Assembly: GCA_041612035.1 (NCBI GenBank)
Contig: JBFILX010000003.1
Span: 1 to 32,591, forward strand
Reading direction: 5' to 3'
Length of the DNA: 32,591 nt
DNA from: Gemmatimonadales bacterium
Lineage (GTDB): Bacteria; Gemmatimonadota; Gemmatimonadetes; Gemmatimonadales; GWC2-71-9
The notes beneath the pieces were generated by a model. The model saw only the letters and a list, made by a program, of their open reading frames with translations, did no database searches and was not told the DNA's origin. Shown piece by piece: positions 1 through 8,222 of the stretch. How positions within the stretch are numbered: position 1 is the first letter of the stretch; the number at the start of each line of letters is the position of its first letter. The position numbers and the translations under genes are program-made.

Positions 1-18
1 CCCGCGGGCGCCTGACCG

Positions 19-1167
19 ATGCCGATCCAGGGCCCGCTCCGGGAACTCGGGATCCACGACGTGTTCCAGCTGCTCGACCTCAGCCGGAAGACGGGCGCCC
101 TCCGGGTCACCTCGGAGCTGCGGCAGAACGAGGGCACGATCTGGTTCGAGGCCGGCGCCGTGGTGGCGGCCACCATCCGGTCCAACCCGCACCGGCTGGG
201 CGACGTGCTCCTCCGCACCGGCAAGATCCGGGAGGAGGACCTGCTCCGGGCCAAGGCGATGCAGGAGGCCGGCGACCCCCGGCGGCTGGGCGAGATCCTG
301 GTGGCGATCGGGGCCGTGACGGCCAAGGAGATCGAGCGGCAGGTCCGCATCCAGGTCGAAGAGGTGGTGTTCGCCATGCTGGGCTGGTCCGAGGGCTACT
401 TCGTGTTCGAGGAAGGCGCCCCGGGAGAGGCCCCCGGCGACACCAGCGTCCGGGTGTCCACCGAGGCGCTGCTGATGGAGGGGGCGCGCCGGATCGACGA
501 GTGGGAGCGGATCCAGACCCGGGTGCCGCACCTCGGGGTCGTCCCCCACCTCAACCCGGCCGACGACGGACAGGCCGGCACCCTGAGTCTCACGCCGTTC
601 GAGTGGCGGGTGCTCGCCTCGTGCGACGGCTCGCTGGATGTGCGGTCGCTCGCGCGGGCGCTCGCGGCGGCCGAGTTCGACGTGGCGCGAACCCTGTTCG
701 GCCTGGCGGCGGCGGGACTGGTGGTGCTGCACGACCCGGCGGCGGCCACCGCCCGGGCGGCGCCGGACCGGGACCCGGATGCGCTGCTGCGCCAGGCCGA
801 GGAGTTCCTGCGCCGGGGCGACCCGGCCGCCGCCCGCACGGTGGCAGAGGCGATCGTGGCCCGGTATCCCGAGCAGGCCAGGGGCCATCTGCTGCTGGGG
901 CGGACGTTCCTGAGCGAGCGGCGCTTCCAAGAGGCCGAGGCGATCCTGCGGGAGGCGATCCGGGTCGGGGGCCCGGCGGCCCATCCGCTCCGGCTGCTGG
1001 GTGCGGCGCGGGCGGCGCCGGGCCGGCTCGAGGAAGCGGTCCAGGCGTGGAACGAGTGGCTGGCGCTGTCCAGCCGGCCGGCGGAGGAGGATCGCCACCT
1101 CGCCGCCGTGGGCCGGATGCGTGACGCCGCCCGGGCCCTGGCGGAGGGGCTGGGAGGGGCCGGGTGA
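19..1167 (+). CDS. DUF4388 (PATAN-like) protein with tandem MshEN-like motif, wHTH-like segment and C-terminal TPRs
   Basis: N-terminus 'IQGPLRELGIHDVFQLLDLSRKTGALRV...IWFEAGAVV' is typical of DUF4388. Two RLGxxLxxxGxxxxxxLxxxxxxQ repeats follow, then a 'LLMEGARRIDEW' helix and TPR-like C-terminal helices. Confidence 0.85.
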   Translation: MPIQGPLRELGIHDVFQLLDLSRKTGALRVTSELRQNEGTIWFEAGAVVAATIRSNPHRLGDVLLRTGKIREEDLLRAKAMQEAGDPRRLGEILVAIGAVTAKEIERQVRIQVEEVVFAMLGWSEGYFVFEEGAPGEAPGDTSVRVSTEALLMEGARRIDEWERIQTRVPHLGVVPHLNPADDGQAGTLSLTPFEWRVLASCDGSLDVRSLARALAAAEFDVARTLFGLAAAGLVVLHDPAAATARAAPDRDPDALLRQAEEFLRRGDPAAARTVAEAIVARYPEQARGHLLLGRTFLSERRFQEAEAILREAIRVGGPAAHPLRLLGAARAAPGRLEEAVQAWNEWLALSSRPAEEDRHLAAVGRMRDAARALAEGLGGAG

Positions 1168-1925
1168 GCCAGGACATCGCCGGCATGACCGCGCGGCTGG
1201 CGGCGGAGCCCGACAGCCTGGTGTTCCTGCCCCTGGGCGAGGCCCTGCGGCAGCGGGGACAACTGGACGCCGCCCTGGCGATCGCGGCCCGCGGCGTGGA
1301 GCGCTACCCGGACCTGGCGGACGCCCACGACCTGCTGGGACGGATCATGAGCGACCGGGGGACGGGGGACGCCGCGTTCGACGCCTGGACCGAGGCTCTG
1401 CGGCTCGACCCGCGGCACCTCGGGGCGCTTCGAGGGCTGGCATTCCTGGCCTACCGCGCCGGGGACCACCCCAGGGCCGAACGCCACCTCGCGGCCGCGG
1501 TGGCCCTCGCGCCGGACGACGCCGCGCTGCAGCGGGCGCTGGCCCGGGTCCGCACCGAGGTGGTGGCCACCCGTGCCAGCGCCCCGCCCCCGCGGTGGGA
1601 CGAGGCCGGCGGCGCCGTGCTGGTGGATGCGCAGGGCCGGCGGCTGGCGGGCCGCCTCGACGACGCGGCCGACCGGTCGGACGCCGTCGCCGCGGAGCTG
1701 GCGGGGGTGGGCCGCGAAGCGGAGCGCGCCGCCCGGCTGCTGGGGCTCGGCGCCTGGCGCTCCGTCGGCGTCGAGTGCCGCGAGGCCCAGTGGCACCTGG
1801 TGCCGCCCACGCCGGAGACGGTCCTGCTCGCGGTCGGCAGCCCCGCCACCCCTGCGGGCCGGCTGGCCCTCGTCACGGAGCGCTCGGCGGCGTCCGCCCG
1901 TCGATGGCTGGAGCGGCTGGCGTGA
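1164..1925 (+). CDS. TPR protein with C-terminal Roadblock/LC7-like domain
   Basis: GTG start overlaps the upstream stop (GTGA). About 3 TPRs, then 'GAVLVDAQGRRLAG...DAVAAELAGV...GLGAWRSVGVEC...VLLAVG', which follows the Roadblock pattern. Confidence 0.75.
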   Translation: MSQDIAGMTARLAAEPDSLVFLPLGEALRQRGQLDAALAIAARGVERYPDLADAHDLLGRIMSDRGTGDAAFDAWTEALRLDPRHLGALRGLAFLAYRAGDHPRAERHLAAAVALAPDDAALQRALARVRTEVVATRASAPPPRWDEAGGAVLVDAQGRRLAGRLDDAADRSDAVAAELAGVGREAERAARLLGLGAWRSVGVECREAQWHLVPPTPETVLLAVGSPATPAGRLALVTERSAASARRWLERLA

Positions 1926-2269
1926 CGGCGTTCGGGCCGGTCCTGGACGGCCTCACCCGGGTGGCCGGGGTCCGCAGCGCCCTCCTGGTCTCCGCCGACG
2001 ACGGGCTCCCCGTGGCGGACGCCACCATGGAGGGGGTGGACATCGAGGCGGCCGCCGCGCTGGCGGCCAGCCTGGTGGCGCGGCTGGGGCGGGCCCTGGG
2101 GGCCGCCGGGCACGGGCGGCCCACCCTGGTGCACCTGGAGGCGGCGGCGGGCTCGGTCATGGCGCTCCCCGCCGGCGACGAACTGCTGCTCGTGGCGGTG
2201 TGCGATCCCGACGCCAACCTGGGACTGCTCCGGCTGGTGCTGCGCGACTCCGTGGAGCGGCTGACCTGA
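1922..2269 (+). CDS. Roadblock/LC7 domain protein (MglB/MglC-like)
   Basis: 3' part of track ORF 1001..2269. GTG at 1922 overlaps the upstream stop, with GGAG about 8 nt upstream. Motif: 'VAGVRSALLVSADDGLPV...AAAALAASL...LLLVAVCDPDANLGLLRL'. Confidence 0.85.
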   Translation: MTAFGPVLDGLTRVAGVRSALLVSADDGLPVADATMEGVDIEAAAALAASLVARLGRALGAAGHGRPTLVHLEAAAGSVMALPAGDELLLVAVCDPDANLGLLRLVLRDSVERLT

Positions 2270-2730
2270 TGCGCAGCGTCGAGCCGTGGGTGGCGGCCCC
2301 CCTGGCCGAGTTCCTTCGCGAGTCCTCGGCCGACCTGGTGCTGCTGATGACGTCGTCGGGGCAGGTGGTGGCGCAGCACGGGTTCGCCCGGTCGCTGGAT
2401 GTCATGGCGGCCGCCTCCCTGGGCGCGGCGATCGTCGCCTCCACCGGTGAGCTGGCGCGGGTGATGGGGGTCCAGGCGTTCGGCCACGTGGTACATCAGG
2501 GCCGGAGCCGGAGCGTGCTGCTGGCGCCCTTCGCGATGCCGCGCGGAACCTGGATCGGGCTGATCGTCTTCGACCGCGAGACCACGGTGGGACTGGTCCA
2601 GCTGTTCTTCCGCGAGCTGGGGCGCGCCCTGTCGGTCGCGGCGCCCGCGACCCCGCCGTCACGGGTGGTGCTGGCCGAGCAGTTCGAGGCGGAGCTCAAT
2701 GCCAGCCTGCGCACCCTGTTCGGGCGCTGA
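2269..2730 (+). CDS. mglB: MglB-like Roadblock protein (putative GAP of MglA)
   Basis: ATG in a TGATG overlap, directly upstream of mglA. Motif 'LVLLMTSSGQVVAQHG...AASLGAA...LIVFDRETTVGLV' plus a C-terminal helix 'FEAELNASLRTLFGR'. Confidence 0.75.
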   Translation: MRSVEPWVAAPLAEFLRESSADLVLLMTSSGQVVAQHGFARSLDVMAAASLGAAIVASTGELARVMGVQAFGHVVHQGRSRSVLLAPFAMPRGTWIGLIVFDRETTVGLVQLFFRELGRALSVAAPATPPSRVVLAEQFEAELNASLRTLFGR

Positions 2731-2735
2731 CGCCG

Positions 2736-3338
2736 ATGCCGCTCGTCAACTTCACGACCCGCGAGATCACCTGCAAGCTGGTGTACTACGGCCCCGGCCG
2801 GTCCGGCAAGACGACCAACCTGCAGTACATCCACGGGCGGGTGCCCGACCAGCGGCGGGGCGCCATGGTCTCCCTGGCCACCCACGGCGACCGGACCCTG
2901 TTCTTCGATTTCCTCCCGCTCGACCTGGGATCCATCTCGGGATTCACCACGCGCTTCCAGCTGTATACCGTTCCGGGCCAGGTGTACTATGCCGCCACCC
3001 GCCGGCTGGTGCTCCAGGGGGCGGACGGGGTGGTGTTCGTGGCGGACAGCCAGGCGCGCCGGTTCGACGAGAACGTCGAGAGCCTGCGCGACCTGCACGA
3101 GAACCTGCGGCAGCAGGGCGTGGAGGCCTCGACGTTCCCGATGGTGTTCCAGTACAACAAGCAGGACCTGCCGACCGACCTCATCATGCCCCCGTCCGCG
3201 CTGGACCACGCGCTCAACTTCCGGGGGCGGCCCTCCCAGCCGGCCGATGCCCTGCGGGGGAGCGGCGTGTTCGAGACGCTCAAGGCGGCGGCGGGCCTGG
3301 TCCTGGAGCGGCTGGCCCAGCCGGCGGCGGAGTCATGA
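2736..3338 (+). CDS. mglA: MglA-family small GTPase
   Basis: 'KLVYYGPGRSGKTTNL' (G1), 'DRTLFFDFLP', 'LYTVPGQVYY' (G3), 'DGVVFVADSQ' and 'NKQD' (G4) closely match Myxococcus/Thermus MglA. Confidence 0.95.
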   Translation: MPLVNFTTREITCKLVYYGPGRSGKTTNLQYIHGRVPDQRRGAMVSLATHGDRTLFFDFLPLDLGSISGFTTRFQLYTVPGQVYYAATRRLVLQGADGVVFVADSQARRFDENVESLRDLHENLRQQGVEASTFPMVFQYNKQDLPTDLIMPPSALDHALNFRGRPSQPADALRGSGVFETLKAAAGLVLERLAQPAAES

Positions 3339-5317
3339 GCTTCCAGCCCGATCCGGCCCGGACCTTCGTCAGCTTCGTGGTCGGCGCCCCGAACCAGCTC
3401 GCGGCCGCGGCGGCGCGGGCCCTGGCCGACCTGGCCCGGCCGCCCTTCAATCCGCTCTACCTGCTGGGCGAGCCGGGCCAGGGGAAGACCCACCTGCTCC
3501 AGGCCATCGGGGCCCAGCGGCTCACCGTCGCCCCCGGCACCACGGTCGAGCTGGTGACCTGGGGGGGGCTGAGCGAGCAGCTGCTCGAGGCGGCGGCCTC
3601 CGGTCGGTCGGATGTCCTGCGTCCCTGTCGGGAGGCGGGCCTGCTTCTGCTCGACGACGTGGACCGGATGACCCAGTACGCGGTGGCGCGCCGGCCGATC
3701 CTCGACCTGCTCGACGCCCGGCTCACGCGGGGCCTCGCCACCGCCATGGCGGGCCGGCGTCCGCCGGGGGCCCTGCTGGGTCCGGAAGACCCCGCCGTCC
3801 GCCTGCTGGGCGCCGGGCTGGTGGTGGAGATCGGGCCGCCCGACGCCGCGCTGCGGGAGGAGATCGTCCGTTGGCACCTCGGCGCGGCGGGGGTTTCGTT
3901 CGCCCAGGCCGTGGTGGACGAGGTGGTCGGGCTCCCGCTGGGATCGGCGGCGGACCTGGTGGCCGCGGTCCAGCGTCTCATTGCCTTCCAGACCGTGTCG
4001 CCCACCCCGCTCGCCCCGTCGCAGGCGCGGGTGCTGATCACGGGGGTGCTGGAGGAGCCGTTCCCGGTGGCCGTCGCCGCGGGGGTCCCGGCGGCCGACG
4101 CGGCGGCGCCCCCGGGGCCGGCACCCGCCCGCGGGCTCGACGAGGGCGACGAATTCGGCTCGTTCCTGTCCGAGGTGGTGGCCGGGATCAGCCACCAGGT
4201 GGACCGGTGGCGGACCGAGGTGGGCGATGCGGTGCTCCGCTTCGAGGCGGCGGGGTACCACACCGCGCGGCTCGAGGCGCTGCTCGACCAGGAGCTCCCC
4301 GCGCAGCCGGAACAGGTGCTGGCGCGCTACGAGGCGGACGTGGCGCGGCTGGAGCAGATCGCGGCGGAAGTGCGGGCCGTGGCCCCGGACCTGGGCGGCC
4401 ACGAGGTGCTCCGCGACCCGGACCGCGTGGAGGAGGCGGAGCAGCTGCTCGAGGAGGCCAGGACCCGCGACCTCTCTCCTCACCGTCCCGATCCCGGCCT
4501 GCGCCTGGACGACCTGATCGAGGGACCGTCCAACCGGGCCGCCCTGGACGCCGTCCGCGCCCTGGTGGCCCGGGCGCCCGGCGCGACCGCGCTCTGCCTG
4601 GTGGGGGACCCCGGCACCGGGAAGTCCCACCTGCTCCACGGCCTGGGCAACGCCCTCGCGGAGGCGGGGACCGCCGGCGTGGTGTGCGTGTCGGCGCAGA
4701 CCCTGGCCCGGGAGATCGAGGACGAAGCGCGCGCGGGGCGCCTGGGCGACTGGCGGCGGCGTCACCGGTGGATCGGCGCGCTCCTGGTGGACGACGTGCA
4801 CCTCCTCGGGGAGCGGCGGGAGGCGCAGGAGGTGCTGCTGGAGCTGGTGGACCAGCTCGGACGCGACGGGCGGCCGGTCGCGGTCACGGCGGCCATCCCG
4901 GTGGCCGAGCTGGAGGCGGTGGAGCCCCAGCTGCTCGCCCGGCTGGCCAGCGGCGCCGTGGTCGACCTCCCGCGGCCCGACCGCGAGGTGCGGCTGGGGC
5001 TGGTGCTGCGGTGGCTCGACCAGCTGCCCGCGCGCCCCGCCTCCGACCTGGCCGCGTACATCGCCGGGCGACCCGCGGGGTCGGTGCGCGCCGTGCAGGT
5101 CATGCTGCAGCGGGTGCTCCGGCAGGCGGCCGCGGCGGGGAGCGCGCCGGACGTGGCCCTGGCGCGGCAGGTGCTGGAGGGGCCGCCCGGCGCGGGGCGC
5201 CTGCTCGGGGCCCGACCCGGCGTGCTGGGCCCCTCGGTCGCGGGTCCCCGGCTGCGGGAGAAGCTCATCGAGCGCTGGCCCGAGGCGCGCGATCTCCTGA
5301 CGGAGGAACTGTCCTGA
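3335..5317 (+). CDS. Tandem DnaA/Hda-like AAA+ ATPase (two ATPase modules, no DnaA domain I or IV)
   Basis: ATGA overlap with the mglA stop. Module 1: 'TFVSFVVGAPNQLA...FNPLYLLGEPGQGKTHLLQAIG...LLLLDDV'. Module 2: 'GPSNRAA...GDPGTGKSHLL...LLVDDVH...LLARLASG...PDREVR...SVRAV'. Confidence 0.85.
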   Translation: MSFQPDPARTFVSFVVGAPNQLAAAAARALADLARPPFNPLYLLGEPGQGKTHLLQAIGAQRLTVAPGTTVELVTWGGLSEQLLEAAASGRSDVLRPCREAGLLLLDDVDRMTQYAVARRPILDLLDARLTRGLATAMAGRRPPGALLGPEDPAVRLLGAGLVVEIGPPDAALREEIVRWHLGAAGVSFAQAVVDEVVGLPLGSAADLVAAVQRLIAFQTVSPTPLAPSQARVLITGVLEEPFPVAVAAGVPAADAAAPPGPAPARGLDEGDEFGSFLSEVVAGISHQVDRWRTEVGDAVLRFEAAGYHTARLEALLDQELPAQPEQVLARYEADVARLEQIAAEVRAVAPDLGGHEVLRDPDRVEEAEQLLEEARTRDLSPHRPDPGLRLDDLIEGPSNRAALDAVRALVARAPGATALCLVGDPGTGKSHLLHGLGNALAEAGTAGVVCVSAQTLAREIEDEARAGRLGDWRRRHRWIGALLVDDVHLLGERREAQEVLLELVDQLGRDGRPVAVTAAIPVAELEAVEPQLLARLASGAVVDLPRPDREVRLGLVLRWLDQLPARPASDLAAYIAGRPAGSVRAVQVMLQRVLRQAAAAGSAPDVALARQVLEGPPGAGRLLGARPGVLGPSVAGPRLREKLIERWPEARDLLTEELS

Positions 5318-6939
5318 TGGCGATCAAGGGCAGTCTCCAGGAAGCGGGTCTCCCCGACGTGATCCAGATGCTCTACCTGGGCCGACGCACCGGGTGCCTG
5401 TCGGTCTCCGAGCGGGGAAGCCTCGCCAGCCTCTACTTCGAGGACGGCTGGGTCACGGACGCCGCGATGGTGAACCGGCCCGACCGGCTGGGGGACATCC
5501 TGGTGCGCTCCGGCCGCCTGACGCCGGCGCAGCTGGAAGAGGCCATCGCCATGCAGGCCCGGCAGCAGGGGCGCCGGCTCGGGGCGGTCCTGGTGGAGCT
5601 GGGCCATCTCCAGCCCGACGACATCCGTCGGGCGGTCCGGCGGCAGGTGGAGGAGGCGGTGTACGCCATGTTCGGCTGGCGCCGGGGGTCCTTCTCGTTC
5701 GAGCCGGGGGTGCGCACCCCGAACCCCGACAGCGTCCGCCTGGCCCCGGAGGCGCTCCTGCTGGAAGGCGCCCGGCGGGTGGACGAGTGGGCCCTGATCC
5801 AGTCGAAGATCCCGTCGTTCGACCTGGTGTTCGCCGTGGACCGGAGCCGGGCCGCCACCGCCGACCCCGAGCTGTCGGACCTGCAGCGCCGGCTGCTGGA
5901 TCTGCTGGACGGCGTGCGGGACGTGCGCACCCTGGTGGACGAGGCGGGGTCCACCGAATTCGACACCTGCCGCGCCCTGTACGGCCTGGTCACCGCGTGC
6001 CTGGCGCAGCGGGTCGGCACCTCGCCGCCCGCCGCGGGCCGGCCGCGCGAGGCGCAGATCGAGGAGCACCGGAACCTCGGGGTCGCCTTCTACCGGACGG
6101 GCATGCTGGAGGAATCGCTGCGCGAGTTCCGCCGGGTCATGGAGCTTCGTCCGGCGGAGGGGGCCGCGCCCTTCCACCTCGGGCTCATCGCGGCCCGACA
6201 GGGTCGCTGGGCGGACGCCTCCTATTTCTTCCGCCGGGCGGCGGACCGCGCGGGACCCCGGGCCGCCATCCTTCACAACCTGGGGGTCGCGCTCGCCCTG
6301 GCCGGTGAACCCGACCAGGCGGAGACCACGCTGCGGGAAGCCACGAGCCGGGCCCCCGACGGGCCCCGCACGCTCATCGCGTGGGCCATCCTCGCCCTCG
6401 ACCGCGGCGACGTCCACCCCGCGCTGGTCCGGCTGGAGCGGGCGCGTGGCCTCCTCGATCCGGAGATCCCGGCGCTCTGGTACTGGGCCGCGGTGCGGGC
6501 CCTGGCCGGCGTGGGCGACCTCGACCGCGCGCTGGAGGTGGCCACCGAGGGGGTGGATCGCTGGCCCGGGGTGCCGGCGCTCCTCAACAACCAGGCGGTC
6601 CTGCTGGAGGCGGCGGGCGAGCTGCCCGGGGCCGAAGCCGCGCTGCAGCAGGCGCTGGAACGGGATCCCGGGCTGCCCGAGGTCTCCAAGAATCTCGGGG
6701 ACGTGCTCTATCGGCTGGGCCGGTACGACGAGGCATGGACCGCCTTCCAGCGCGCGCTGCGGCTGCGGCCCGAGGGTGGCGACGACCTGCACTTCAAGCT
6801 CGGCAACCTGGCCCTGCGCCGGGGTGATGCGGAGGACGCACGATCCCACTGGCGCCGGGCGGTCGAGCTCAATCCCCGGCACCAGCTGGCCCGCGCCAAC
6901 CTGCAGAGCGCCGTGGGGAGCGATGCCGCTCTCCGATGA
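5317..6939 (+). CDS. DUF4388 (PATAN-like) protein with tandem MshEN-like motif and multiple TPRs
   Basis: ATG in a TGATG overlap, with GGAGG upstream. 'IKGSLQEAGLPDVIQMLYLGRRTGCLSV', RLG repeats, 'LLLEGARRVDEW' and a long TPR array (NLGVAFY, HLGLIA, NLGVAL, NLGDVLY, KLGNLA). Confidence 0.88.
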   Translation: MAIKGSLQEAGLPDVIQMLYLGRRTGCLSVSERGSLASLYFEDGWVTDAAMVNRPDRLGDILVRSGRLTPAQLEEAIAMQARQQGRRLGAVLVELGHLQPDDIRRAVRRQVEEAVYAMFGWRRGSFSFEPGVRTPNPDSVRLAPEALLLEGARRVDEWALIQSKIPSFDLVFAVDRSRAATADPELSDLQRRLLDLLDGVRDVRTLVDEAGSTEFDTCRALYGLVTACLAQRVGTSPPAAGRPREAQIEEHRNLGVAFYRTGMLEESLREFRRVMELRPAEGAAPFHLGLIAARQGRWADASYFFRRAADRAGPRAAILHNLGVALALAGEPDQAETTLREATSRAPDGPRTLIAWAILALDRGDVHPALVRLERARGLLDPEIPALWYWAAVRALAGVGDLDRALEVATEGVDRWPGVPALLNNQAVLLEAAGELPGAEAALQQALERDPGLPEVSKNLGDVLYRLGRYDEAWTAFQRALRLRPEGGDDLHFKLGNLALRRGDAEDARSHWRRAVELNPRHQLARANLQSAVGSDAALR

Positions 6940-7744
6940 CCCCGGCTTCGCGCTGGTGCTCCAGCGACTGGCCGGCCGCGGGCTCCCGCCGCTCGACGCC
7001 TACAAGGACAACTGCCTCCGCCGCCGGCTGCAGGTCCGCCTGCGCGCCTGCGGGGCCCGGACCCTGACCGAGTACGCCCAGGTGCTCGAGACGACACCGG
7101 ACGAGGTGGAGCGGCTCCGGGAGGCGCTCACCATCAACGTGACCGGGTTCTTCCGCAACCCGGAGACCTGGGAGCGTCTGCGGTCGGAACTGCCCGCGCT
7201 GGTGTCCGGCCCCTGGCGCCAGATCGCCGCGTGGAGTGCCGGGTGTGCCTCGGGGGAGGAGGCGTGGACGCTGGCCGCCCTCCTCGCCACGGTCATGGGA
7301 GAGGGCGGCATCCGCGTCTCCAGCGCCCGCCTGCGCGTGGACGCGACCGACATCGATACGGCCTGCCTGGCCACCACCGCGGCGGGCGTCTATCCGGATC
7401 AGGCGTTCACCGACGCCCCGGCCGCCATGCGGGAGCGCTGGACCGTCCCCGACCGGGACGGGCGCCGGATGGTTCCCCAGCTCCTCCCCGTGGTCCGCGC
7501 GCTGGCGCACGACATGACCCGCGACCATCCCCCCGACCCGCCCTACCACCTGATCGTGTGCCGGAACGTGATGATCTACTTCACCCGGCCCGTGCAGGAG
7601 GCCCTGTTCGCGCGGTTCGCTGGCGCCCTGCGGCCCGGCGGGCTCCTGGTGCTCGGCAAGGTCGAGTCGGTGTCCGCCCCGGCCCGGGACCGGTTCGCGG
7701 TGGTGGACCACCGCGAGCGGATCTTCCGGCGAACCGATGACTGA
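6923..7744 (+). CDS. cheR: Chemotaxis protein-glutamate methyltransferase CheR
   Basis: 'YKDNCLRRRL', 'LTINVTGFFRNP', 'WSAGCASGEE', 'ATDID' and 'LIVCRNVMIYF'. ATG at 6923 follows GGGGAG. Confidence 0.93.
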   Translation: MPLSDDPGFALVLQRLAGRGLPPLDAYKDNCLRRRLQVRLRACGARTLTEYAQVLETTPDEVERLREALTINVTGFFRNPETWERLRSELPALVSGPWRQIAAWSAGCASGEEAWTLAALLATVMGEGGIRVSSARLRVDATDIDTACLATTAAGVYPDQAFTDAPAAMRERWTVPDRDGRRMVPQLLPVVRALAHDMTRDHPPDPPYHLIVCRNVMIYFTRPVQEALFARFAGALRPGGLLVLGKVESVSAPARDRFAVVDHRERIFRRTDD

Positions 7745-8222
7745 GGAACTGGTGGTCGTCCCGATGGGCGGGCTCGAGGTCCGCGCCGCCCCCGCGGTGC
7801 TGACCGCGATCGGGCTGGGCAGCTGCGTCGCGATCATGATGCTCGATCCCGGGACCCGGACCGGGGGGCTGGCCCACGTGCTCCTCCCGGTGCCGGGCGA
7901 CGCCGGGGCGGTTCCGCCCGGGCGCTACGCGGCCAGTGCGGCTCCGCTGCTCTTCCGGCAGCTGGTGGCGACCGGGGCCGACCCCGCACGGTTCCAGGCC
8001 TGGCTGGTCGGCGGCGCCACCATGTTCGCGGCGCTCATGGCGCCGGACACGGTCTCCATCGGGGACCGCAACGTGACGGCGGCGCGGGAAGCCCTCGACC
8101 GGCTCGGGGTTCCGATCGCGGGGGAGGCGCTCGGCGGGACCCGGGGCCGCACCGTGACGCTGGACCTGGCCCGGGGGCGGGTCGAGGTCCGGTCGGTGGG
8201 ACAGGGGGTCCATGTCCTCTGA
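7737..8222 (+). CDS. cheD: Chemoreceptor glutamine deamidase CheD
   Basis: 'GLGSCVA' (catalytic Cys), 'GGLAHVLLP' (His), 'GGATMF', 'IGDRN' and 'GGTRGRTV'. Confidence 0.93.
   Translation: MTEELVVVPMGGLEVRAAPAVLTAIGLGSCVAIMMLDPGTRTGGLAHVLLPVPGDAGAVPPGRYAASAAPLLFRQLVATGADPARFQAWLVGGATMFAALMAPDTVSIGDRNVTAAREALDRLGVPIAGEALGGTRGRTVTLDLARGRVEVRSVGQGVHVL

Noticed and set aside
3335-5317. Canonical dnaA with nearby oriC
   Set aside because: No domain IV, no dnaN/recF/gyrB neighbours, no AT-rich intergenic region and no DnaA-box cluster were seen.
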